Shown here: in pieces, positions 49,444 through 57,431 of the stretch
How the letters are laid out: every line of letters begins with the position of its first letter
Position numbering within the stretch: position 1 is the stretch's first letter
Sequence record: LR756508.1
Direction: 5' to 3' (one strand)
DNA: 64,000 nucleotides
Notes under the pieces: model-generated
What the model was told of the DNA's origin: nothing
Databases searched by the model: none
What the model saw: the letters and a program-made list of their open reading frames with translations, nothing else
Position numbers and translations under genes: made by a program

Positions 49444-50262
49444 ATGCTTTTCAAAGACCTCCTTACTGAATCTAAGGGCAGTAAATTTCGATCATTGATA
49501 AAACTCCTGAAGAAAGACGGGTGGATTCTCCAAAAACCATTTTTGTATCGAGGAAGAAAAGGTGAGCCTGAGTTTGCCTATGAGGTTCGAGAAAAAAGAG
49601 AAGAGCGAGAGCCGAAAGACACTGCCATAAAAACAAACAATATAGTTAGCTGCCTGCACGATGTTTTTCTGCCAGAATTTCCTCACAGGGGGCGCTCGGT
49701 TTTCGCAACTTACGACCGAACAGTTACAAGGGATTACGGTTCGTATGACATGCTTGTAGTTCCTCATAAGACCGCTAAAATCTCCTGGTCGGAAGCAGAT
49801 GCCTGGTGGTCGTTTTTCAAAGAAATGGAGTCAATGATTGATTCACTTTCAACAAAAAATCCTGTAGAATGTTTGAACCGGAGCAAAGATAAATCCGAAC
49901 ATCACCGGATGGTTTTTGATTTAATCAAGGCACTCGTGAAAGCATCTACTGCCAAAAGCTGCTCGGAACTAAAAAAATACAAAGAAGAATACGGAAACCC
50001 GTTCGTGAACTCTACGGCGTTTATGACTCTTCGGAATAAACTTGAAAATGAACCGAGCACTTGTTTTTTAAATTCTCAAAAAGTGGTTTCAAATCTTGAA
50101 AAGTATTACAGAAACCTCCACCTCGGATATCCAAACAATAAAGAAAGTTTTTATGAAACTGCGATAGAAGGAAGATATATTTATATTAATTTGAAGACGT
50201 TTCTTGATCATCATAAAGAAAAGTTTGAAAGAGAGTTTGGATTTGTTTTTGAAGGCAGATAA
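49444..50262 (+). CDS. ADP-ribosyltransferase-like paralog 6 with N-terminal leader
   Basis: MLFKDLLTE; LYRG; REPKDT; FPHRGRSVFATY..DYG; YETAI. Confidence 0.6.
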   Translation: MLFKDLLTESKGSKFRSLIKLLKKDGWILQKPFLYRGRKGEPEFAYEVREKREEREPKDTAIKTNNIVSCLHDVFLPEFPHRGRSVFATYDRTVTRDYGSYDMLVVPHKTAKISWSEADAWWSFFKEMESMIDSLSTKNPVECLNRSKDKSEHHRMVFDLIKALVKASTAKSCSELKKYKEEYGNPFVNSTAFMTLRNKLENEPSTCFLNSQKVVSNLEKYYRNLHLGYPNNKESFYETAIEGRYIYINLKTFLDHHKEKFEREFGFVFEGR

Positions 50263-50271
50263 AGATTTGCT

Positions 50272-51021
50272 ATGAAACTATCGAACCTACTATTTGAAGA
50301 TGCAGAGCTAGATCGTGAGTTTCGAAAGAAAGCCCGAAAAATTTATGAAGATTTACTATCTTACCTGGAAGACGAGGGAGAAAACATCTCTTTTCAACAA
50401 GGAATAGGTTTATCGGTTTCTTTAGATGAGTTTACTGATCCTGTGCGAGAAAAAAATCCCTTAAAAGTAGTCTGGCTTCCATCGAAATCTCGTTTTGGGG
50501 ACGCCTCGTATTTTAAAAAAGGAAGTGGGGTAATGAGAAGTCCTTACCTTGCCTTGAGGGGACTAGATAAAAGCGACTTAAACCTTCCACCTGACGAGAG
50601 GAAAGAAAAACTTATTAGGGACTTAAAAAGCAACTCCGACGTGTTTATCCACGAACTTATTCACTACTTTGATGATCTCAGGTCTGATAAAGACCTACAA
50701 AACGTGCTTTCTTTTGATAAGAGCGACTACGACACTGAAGACTATTATTCTGATCCTGTTGAGGTTAATGCCTTTTTTCAAGCTGCCGTTTCAGAACTGG
50801 AAGATTTTATTGAAGAGGAAGGCCATTTTAAGTTCATGATGGAAACCTGTTGGAAAGAGGACTTTAAAAAGTTCAACGAATGGATGTTTGAAAATGTAAT
50901 TCCAGATGAACTTGAAGAAAATATTTCGAAAGACCAGAAAAAAAGGCTCGTAAACAGGCTTTATGGGTTTTGGGAGCAGCTTGAAGAACGCCACGAAAAA
51001 TTGAAAAACAATGAAACTTAA
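50272..51021 (+). CDS. Zincin-like metalloprotease paralog 2 with N-terminal leader
   Basis: MKLSNLLFE; FIHELIHYFD ... YYSDPVEVNAF. Confidence 0.65.
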   Translation: MKLSNLLFEDAELDREFRKKARKIYEDLLSYLEDEGENISFQQGIGLSVSLDEFTDPVREKNPLKVVWLPSKSRFGDASYFKKGSGVMRSPYLALRGLDKSDLNLPPDERKEKLIRDLKSNSDVFIHELIHYFDDLRSDKDLQNVLSFDKSDYDTEDYYSDPVEVNAFFQAAVSELEDFIEEEGHFKFMMETCWKEDFKKFNEWMFENVIPDELEENISKDQKKRLVNRLYGFWEQLEERHEKLKNNET

Positions 51022-51862
51022 AGATTTACTTTTTGAACAGTCAAATCCAAAAGAGTTAGCTGAAAAATTTATTAAAAAGGTCGAAAGTGGCGAATGGACC
51101 ATCCCCCAGAAGAAAGGAATCGACCTGTGGCGTGGAACGAATAGAGAGGTAATGGTTGGGGTAAAAGAGGAGTATACCAAAAACAGGAAGCCGATGAACA
51201 CCTCTGCCGACACTCAACAAATGTTGGATATAGTTGCTAGAAGGCAGATGGCCGAATGGCCGCTTCGAACTTTTTCACGGTTTGCTTCTACACGTCTTAG
51301 TTTCGTCCAGTCTTATGGCACGCCTCATTATGTATTCCCCCGTAAAAATTCGAAAATTGCTTCATTTGAAAGAGACGCCTTCATAACTTATTTTGGCAGG
51401 TATAACGAAAATCCCGAGCACTTTGTTAAAAAGTTTAGAAAGTTTTTTGATAAAACGGAGAAGGACTGGAATTATATCCAAGAAAAACTTGGAGAAGAGA
51501 TAGCGGATTTTCTTTCCGCTTATTTCTTAGCTGTTGATGGTGGCGATTTTAATCACTTCAAAAAACTAGCGAGTAAGTATGAAATTAGTAAACACGTTGA
51601 AGTGTTCGAGAGAGCTCATAATCTTCTAGCCGAAGGTGACGTAAAAATGAGCGTTTTTGGTTCAAGTCACCTCTATGATGCAGTTATTACGGGTAAGAAA
51701 TTAGTAGAAAACATATCTACCTATTTTGAAGAAGGAAAGCGGGGAATAGTAAAAGAATCGGAGGAGCTGATTATTCAAGGCGACCTGCTTCATCTTAAAA
51801 AGTCTTTCGCCGATGAATACCTCAAATTCGAAAACAATAGCTGGCAGATTGATATTTTTTAA
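51011..51862 (+). CDS. ADP-ribosyltransferase-like paralog 7 with N-terminal leader
   Basis: MKLKDLLFE; LWRG; WPLRTFSRFAST..SYG; SEELII. Confidence 0.6.
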   Translation: MKLKDLLFEQSNPKELAEKFIKKVESGEWTIPQKKGIDLWRGTNREVMVGVKEEYTKNRKPMNTSADTQQMLDIVARRQMAEWPLRTFSRFASTRLSFVQSYGTPHYVFPRKNSKIASFERDAFITYFGRYNENPEHFVKKFRKFFDKTEKDWNYIQEKLGEEIADFLSAYFLAVDGGDFNHFKKLASKYEISKHVEVFERAHNLLAEGDVKMSVFGSSHLYDAVITGKKLVENISTYFEEGKRGIVKESEELIIQGDLLHLKKSFADEYLKFENNSWQIDIF

Positions 51863-51868
51863 AGGGTT

Positions 51869-54220
51869 ATGATTGATCTTAAAACTGGCGATTGTCGGGA
51901 TATATTGAGCTCTTATCCCGAGGCTACCTTCCACTCCTGCGTTACAGATCCTCCTTATGAACTCGGTTTTATGGGGAAGAACTGGGATCAGAGCGGCGTT
52001 GCTTTCGATGTTGATACCTGGTCTGAAGTTTACCGAGTTTTGAAGCCTGGAGCACATCTTCTGGCTTTCTCGGGAACCCGAACTCATCACAGAATGATGG
52101 TTGCTATCGAGGACGCTGGATTTGAGCTAAGAGATACTCTCATGTGGGTTTCAGGATGTATCACTCCAGACACAGAAATTCTTACCAGTGAAGGATGGAA
52201 AAAACACAATCAACTTAAAATTGGAGAAAATGTAGTTTGTTATGACAAAGACACAGACTCTTATCAATACGGACCGATTCAGCAAAAATTGGAAAAACAT
52301 AACCAATCTACAGCCTTCCGAATTCGAGGAGATCGTACAGACCAAATCGTCAGTCCAGAACATTGCGTCATCGTTGAACGAGATGGAAATTTTGAATTTG
52401 AAAGAGCGTGGAGACTGGCACGGAAACAGGAAATATCCGTACCCATATTGGAAGATTTGCGAGCAGTGCGAAAAGATCTTTCCAGCTATGAGCAAAGAGC
52501 AGGCGAAACGCAACAAAACCTGCAACCCGAAATGCGCTCACGAACAAATATCAAAGAAGCGAACTGGAAACCTGATTCCTATGGAAAAGAGGGACGGCAC
52601 GGTTCAACTCAAATGCGAGGAATGCAGGAAAGAATTTTACAAATGGAGGAACAACATCTCGGAAGGAGAAAGGGGAGACTTTTGTTCCAAAAGTTGTTAC
52701 TTCAAGTGGATGGAGAAAAGCGAAGAGTTAACCGAACACATGCGAGAGATAAGGTTGGAAGGAAGACGAAGCGAAGAAAAAATGGAAAAGCTGAGAGAAA
52801 GGATGACAGGTTCTACAAATCCAAGTTGGAAGGGGGGTGTAACTTACAAAAATACAAAAGGAAACTACAAAAACACAATACTTGTTCAATGTCCCGAAGA
52901 GTTCAGCGAGATGGCAAGAAAGGCTGGCTATGTTCTCGAACATCGGCTCAAAGTCGCCCAAAAAATCGGTCGACCACTCAAGAGCGAAGAAGTGGTTCAT
53001 CACATCGATCAAGACCCGCAGAACAACAAAATCGAAAACCTAATGCTATTTCGAAACGACAAAGACCACAAACTCCACGAACATCACGGAGAACCTGCAC
53101 CGATTTGGCAACCATCGAGCCATTAGATTATGACGGAATGGTATGGTGTGTAAAAGTCCCAACGGGTGCGTTTGTCGCCCGAAGAAACGGAAAAATGTTT
53201 GTAACTGGAAACAGTGGATTCCCGAAGTCTTATAGCATAGACAAAGATATTGACAAAGAACTTGGCGTAGAAGATAAAAGAGAAGTCGTAGAAGAAAAAG
53301 AGTGGAGGGTCGGTGGAGGAAATGTCTTAAACTTAAGAGAAGGAGAAGCAGAAACGAAAACGCAGCAGATAAGTAGGCCAGCTTCAAAAGAGGCTAGAAA
53401 GTGGAACGAATGGACTACGTCTTTAAAACCTGCTTACGAACCCATTACTTTAGCTAGAAAACCGATTTCTGAGCAAAACGTCGCTAAAAACGTTCTGAAG
53501 CATGGAACTGGAGCAGTAAACGTGAAAGAAACGCGAATCGGAGACGAAAAGAGAGTTAACCCTCCAGCGAAGAACAAAGGGGGTGGAAATAGCCTTCACA
53601 TGAGCAAAGAAGGAATGCCCGACGACGCAGAGGGCAGGGCAACTGAGGGCAGGTGGCCTACTAACCTTATTTTGGATGAGCGGGCTTCTGTTTTATTAGA
53701 TAACCAGAGTGGAGACTTACATCCCCGTGGAAACACCACTCCCACGAAAAGAAAGAAAAGTGAAGGAATATGGGGAAACCACTCGCCTTCTTATGGAGTC
53801 GGCAAGTCTGGTAAGGTCGATTCGGGGAGCGAGGGGGGAGCGTCTAAATTTTTCTACTGCCCGAAAGTCCGTGGCTCAGAGAGAAACCTCGGTTGCGAAG
53901 ACGGAGAAAACGATCACCCAACGGTTAAGCCAATTGAGCTTATGGCTTATCTAATTCGGCTCGTTACTCCCGAAGACGGAAAAACGCTCGATCCGTTTGT
54001 TGGAAGTGGATCAACTGTTTTAGCTTCGATTTTAGAACAGAAAGACGCTACTGGAATTGATTTAGATGAGGAAAACATTCAACTTACAAGAAAGCGGGCT
54101 GACTACTTTCAAAAAAACTTCCAAGAAGTTTACGATTTTTTTTGCGACGATCCTGGAAACGAAATAACTCGACAGGAGAAATCAACAATTGATCATAGTT
54201 TTTGGAATCTTAGAAATTAG
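51869..54220 (+). CDS. Beta-class DNA methyltransferase E (intein-containing)
   Basis: CVTDPPYELGFMG, HPTVKP, TLDPFVGSGST. Confidence 0.92.
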   Translation: MIDLKTGDCRDILSSYPEATFHSCVTDPPYELGFMGKNWDQSGVAFDVDTWSEVYRVLKPGAHLLAFSGTRTHHRMMVAIEDAGFELRDTLMWVSGCITPDTEILTSEGWKKHNQLKIGENVVCYDKDTDSYQYGPIQQKLEKHNQSTAFRIRGDRTDQIVSPEHCVIVERDGNFEFERAWRLARKQEISVPILEDLRAVRKDLSSYEQRAGETQQNLQPEMRSRTNIKEANWKPDSYGKEGRHGSTQMRGMQERILQMEEQHLGRRKGRLLFQKLLLQVDGEKRRVNRTHARDKVGRKTKRRKNGKAERKDDRFYKSKLEGGCNLQKYKRKLQKHNTCSMSRRVQRDGKKGWLCSRTSAQSRPKNRSTTQERRSGSSHRSRPAEQQNRKPNAISKRQRPQTPRTSRRTCTDLATIEPLDYDGMVWCVKVPTGAFVARRNGKMFVTGNSGFPKSYSIDKDIDKELGVEDKREVVEEKEWRVGGGNVLNLREGEAETKTQQISRPASKEARKWNEWTTSLKPAYEPITLARKPISEQNVAKNVLKHGTGAVNVKETRIGDEKRVNPPAKNKGGGNSLHMSKEGMPDDAEGRATEGRWPTNLILDERASVLLDNQSGDLHPRGNTTPTKRKKSEGIWGNHSPSYGVGKSGKVDSGSEGGASKFFYCPKVRGSERNLGCEDGENDHPTVKPIELMAYLIRLVTPEDGKTLDPFVGSGSTVLASILEQKDATGIDLDEENIQLTRKRADYFQKNFQEVYDFFCDDPGNEITRQEKSTIDHSFWNLRN
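52157..53212 (+). mobile_element. Intein in MTase E (352 aa) carrying an out-of-frame HNH gene
   Basis: WVSG|CITPDTEILTSEGW...SPEH...VWCVKVPTGAFVARRNGKMFVTGN|SGFPK. Confidence 0.9.
52383..53126 (+). CDS. HNH homing endonuclease with Zn ribbons, nested in the +1 frame inside the intein
   Basis: CEQC, CNPKC, CEEC, FCSKSC, NPSWKGG, YVLEHR, VVHHIDQDPQNNKIENL. The frame is open from 52242; ATG 52383 is the likely start. Confidence 0.88.
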   Translation: MEILNLKERGDWHGNRKYPYPYWKICEQCEKIFPAMSKEQAKRNKTCNPKCAHEQISKKRTGNLIPMEKRDGTVQLKCEECRKEFYKWRNNISEGERGDFCSKSCYFKWMEKSEELTEHMREIRLEGRRSEEKMEKLRERMTGSTNPSWKGGVTYKNTKGNYKNTILVQCPEEFSEMARKAGYVLEHRLKVAQKIGRPLKSEEVVHHIDQDPQNNKIENLMLFRNDKDHKLHEHHGEPAPIWQPSSH

Positions 54221-54226
54221 TTTTTT

Positions 54227-54583
54227 ATGTCTGATCACGAAAGTGCTAATGAAGCTGTAGATGATCTTGTCCAGGAAATGGAAACTTATAATTTTGACAT
54301 TTCTCTGGGCGAAGAAAAAGAAGCTAGGGGGAATAATAAAGGTAGGGTCAAAGAGCTAATACACAATCCCTCTGAAAAAATTTTTCTTGTTCCACTTGAC
54401 ATTAAATTCTTTAACGAAGAGGTCGAAGGAGTTAAAGGGTTTGACGTCATGAAAGCTATGCTGTTTGAGAACTTGTGGCACCAGAAGCATAACAAGTGGC
54501 CCTGGGAGGAAGATGAAGATCCGAGAGATGAAGATCTTCTTCATGTCTACGAACAGAATCCTGATTTAACTGAAGAAAACTAA
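54227..54583 (+). CDS. Hypothetical acidic protein
   Basis: 118 aa ORF. Confidence 0.55.
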   Translation: MSDHESANEAVDDLVQEMETYNFDISLGEEKEARGNNKGRVKELIHNPSEKIFLVPLDIKFFNEEVEGVKGFDVMKAMLFENLWHQKHNKWPWEEDEDPRDEDLLHVYEQNPDLTEEN

Positions 54584-54640
54584 TTCCTCTTCCTGTTTTG
54601 TAGAAAAACGAATTAGGTGAAATCAAATATAATAGTTTAA

Positions 54641-55456
54641 ATGAGTAAACTTGATAAAAAGTATACTGAACTATTGAGGGACATTCTAGAAAACGGGGTT
54701 GATGATAATGATCGAACTGGGACGGGAACTCGGAAGGTGACTGGGAGGCAGGTGAGATTCGAAGTCGATGCAAATAATTTTCCAATTGTCACAAAGAAAA
54801 GAATTGTTTGGAACAGCTTGTGGACTGAGCTCGTTTGGTTTATTCAGGGAAGAACTAATACTGATTTCCTTCACGAACACGGTGTTCATATCTGGGACCA
54901 GTGGGCAAACGAAAATGGAGAACTTGGACCCGGAGTTTATGGTAAAATGTGGAGAGACTGGAACGGGACCGATCAACTCCAACAGGTGGTTAACGGGCTC
55001 CGTGAAAATCCAAGCTCACGTCGGCATCTGGTCTCTGCTTGGAACGTGGATAAGATCCCAAAAACCAATCTTCCGCCTTGTCACTACGCTTTTCAGTTTG
55101 TGAGTAAACCCTCACAAAGTAAAGAGACTCGCAGACTTGATGTAATTGTTTCACAGCGTTCAGCAGATTCGTTCATTGGTGCTGTTTGGAATTGGACCTC
55201 CTATGCCACTCTACTTATTCTTATTTCAAAACTCGCAGGTCATAAACCTGGAGAAGTAATTTGGAATGGGGGTGATGTACACCTCTATCAAAACCACTTT
55301 AAACAGGCAAAAAAAATGATTGAGATGGATAAGATATATGAACCACCTCAGCTTGAAGTAGATAATATAAATTCTCTTGAAGATATACAACACTCAACAG
55401 TTGAGTTGAAAAATTATGAGTGTGGGCCGTTTATTCAAGCGCCAGTGGCCGCTTAA
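54641..55456 (+). CDS. thyA: Thymidylate synthase
   Basis: DRTGTGT, ELVWFIQG, YGKMWR, LPPCH, QRSAD, GDVHLYQNH. Confidence 0.95.
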   Translation: MSKLDKKYTELLRDILENGVDDNDRTGTGTRKVTGRQVRFEVDANNFPIVTKKRIVWNSLWTELVWFIQGRTNTDFLHEHGVHIWDQWANENGELGPGVYGKMWRDWNGTDQLQQVVNGLRENPSSRRHLVSAWNVDKIPKTNLPPCHYAFQFVSKPSQSKETRRLDVIVSQRSADSFIGAVWNWTSYATLLILISKLAGHKPGEVIWNGGDVHLYQNHFKQAKKMIEMDKIYEPPQLEVDNINSLEDIQHSTVELKNYECGPFIQAPVAA

Positions 55457-55689
55457 ATAACATGTACCACCAGTGCTTCTACTCCGATAAAGAAATCAGG
55501 TATCTTCAGAAAAAATATGAGAAGCTGGGAGAAAAAAAGAGAATTCGTTTCAATGATGAAATCAGTTCTCCAAACTATAATTCAATCGCGATAGAAACAT
55601 TGTCATTGGATTTCTCGGTTAGCCTGAAGCCAGACAAAAGGTTCAATGGAGACCTTAAAAAATTAAATTCACTAATCAAAAATAGTTGA
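55456..55689 (+). CDS. Hypothetical protein
   Basis: ORF from ATG near 55462 filling the gap; start uncertain. Confidence 0.4.
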   Translation, partial: NNMYHQCFYSDKEIRYLQKKYEKLGEKKRIRFNDEISSPNYNSIAIETLSLDFSVSLKPDKRFNGDLKKLNSLIKNS

Positions 55690-56700
55690 ATGTCTTTAGA
55701 GGACAAAATTGAAAATCTTAAAGGTCGGTTGTATGGAGAGTTGGATGAGTCCACAGAGAGGCTTAAAGAAGTCCTCGATGCAGAAGAGGATGACAGTTTT
55801 CCATACAAAAAAATGGTATCTGCGTCCATGTTCGAGAGATTTTCCGAGTGCCCGAAACAATGGGAATTAAGATATAAAGATAAAAACTACGAACCTGAGG
55901 ACAACGAAAATACCATTTATGGCGACTCCATTCACAGGCTTGTAGAAAATTATATGGAAGCCGATAACAAAAGTGAGTATGGTAGCGAAGAAAAGGTCGA
56001 GGATAAAGTAAAAAATGCAGTCAAAACAAGCGCCGAAGACGTGAAAAAAAGGTTTGATGCAGATGCTTCCGATAACAGAGATTACCCTTTTACCCCTCAA
56101 GTATTGGATCAAATGGTCCAAGACGCCTGCAAATCCTTTGGGCAGTACATTAAATTTGCAGATCAGTTTTTCGCAGACTCTTTGGAACTTGTTTCGGTAG
56201 AAGAGGAGTTTAAAGGCGATACATTTCACAACTTAGAATTTCGTGGGAAGGTCGATCTGGTTTTTTACGATAGCGAAAAAGACCAGTTTTATATTATTGA
56301 CATCAAGTCTTCTAATTCAAGTTGGAAAACCCAAGATATCAACTTCCTGGCAAAAAAGGTCCAACTTTTAAGCTATAAATTTTATTTCTGCAAGGAACTA
56401 AACATTCCGTTTGAAAAGGTTAAGACCGCATTTGTCGTTCTAAACAGAAAAGGCGATGCGGATGGCGACTTTGCTCATATCGAGTCCATTTCAATCGATT
56501 CATCTGTTAAAAAGTTAAAATGGACAATCAAACAGTGGCAAAAATTCTTAAACAAAACTACATATGAAAAAGGTTATTTTAGAGATAGAGATTATAAAAA
56601 GAATCCTTCCGAAAAAAACTGTAGGCGCTGCCCTTATTCCACTCAATTTAATGGAAACGGAATGTGCGATCAAAAAGGAAGGAGGTGGGACAAGTCATGA
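55690..56700 (+). CDS. PD-(D/E)xK RecB/Cas4-like exonuclease 2
   Basis: ECPKQW, GKVDLV, IDIKSS, CRRC..C. Confidence 0.82.
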   Translation: MSLEDKIENLKGRLYGELDESTERLKEVLDAEEDDSFPYKKMVSASMFERFSECPKQWELRYKDKNYEPEDNENTIYGDSIHRLVENYMEADNKSEYGSEEKVEDKVKNAVKTSAEDVKKRFDADASDNRDYPFTPQVLDQMVQDACKSFGQYIKFADQFFADSLELVSVEEEFKGDTFHNLEFRGKVDLVFYDSEKDQFYIIDIKSSNSSWKTQDINFLAKKVQLLSYKFYFCKELNIPFEKVKTAFVVLNRKGDADGDFAHIESISIDSSVKKLKWTIKQWQKFLNKTTYEKGYFRDRDYKKNPSEKNCRRCPYSTQFNGNGMCDQKGRRWDKS

Positions 56701-56969
56701 AAGATATTAGATATTTTCTTAATACATTTACAAGCATATCTTATTACTCTAGCGACTGTCCACTCCCTAAACTTCCAAATATCATCCGAATGAACTCTCA
56801 GGTTGTTATTCACAAAGATAATAATTCTGAAAAATTTGATCTTGAAAAATGTCGGTTCTACTATGAGTTCCAAAGTTTGACGAGAAAAGAGCTTAAATAC
56901 TTTCTTACCTGCATGGAACCTGAAATATCTAAAAACCATCTGGAAAGAGAAAGAAAAATAGTGGCTTAA
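56697..56969 (+). CDS. Hypothetical protein
   Basis: MKDIRYFL..., ATGA overlap with the upstream stop. Confidence 0.5.
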   Translation: MKDIRYFLNTFTSISYYSSDCPLPKLPNIIRMNSQVVIHKDNNSEKFDLEKCRFYYEFQSLTRKELKYFLTCMEPEISKNHLERERKIVA

Positions 56970-57428
56970 ATGAAAGATTCGAAAAAAGAACACTTAAAGG
57001 CCGGTGACGAAAATGTAAGAGTGGGGGTGGTAGGTTCTCGCGAGTATTCAAAAGTGTGGAAAGTCAAAAAAGCCTTAAGAACTTGGAAAGAAAAATTCGG
57101 CGATAGGCTTGTAGTAGTTTCTGGTGGAGCTTATCGTGGAGCAGATAGAATAGTTAAGGATCTACTACAAAATGATGCCGAGGTAGAGAACATTGATTAT
57201 GAGGAATTCCCCCCCCGCCATCAGAATTATAACGAATACTGTCTTTTTTCAAAAGAAGAGTATGGAAAAGAATATGATACGGGACATTATTTTGAAAGAA
57301 ATGAAGAAGTAGCTTATCGTTCTGATTATATTTTTGCTTTTATTCCAGAAGGAGTTGAAGCCAGTGGAACGAAGGATACTATAGAAAAAGCGAAAGAGTT
57401 TGATAAAAAAGTCAAAATCATAAATTGA
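56970..57428 (+). CDS. SLOG-superfamily (YspA/DprA-like) protein
   Basis: VGVVGSRE, VVSGGA.GAD, ERNEEV, SGTKDTI. Confidence 0.75.
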   Translation: MKDSKKEHLKAGDENVRVGVVGSREYSKVWKVKKALRTWKEKFGDRLVVVSGGAYRGADRIVKDLLQNDAEVENIDYEEFPPRHQNYNEYCLFSKEEYGKEYDTGHYFERNEEVAYRSDYIFAFIPEGVEASGTKDTIEKAKEFDKKVKIIN

Positions 57429-57431
57429 CAT

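Noticed and set aside
45687-56700. Cas4 as part of a CRISPR-Cas locus
   Set aside because: No cas1, cas2, effector genes or array nearby; solo Cas4-like nucleases are common in phages.
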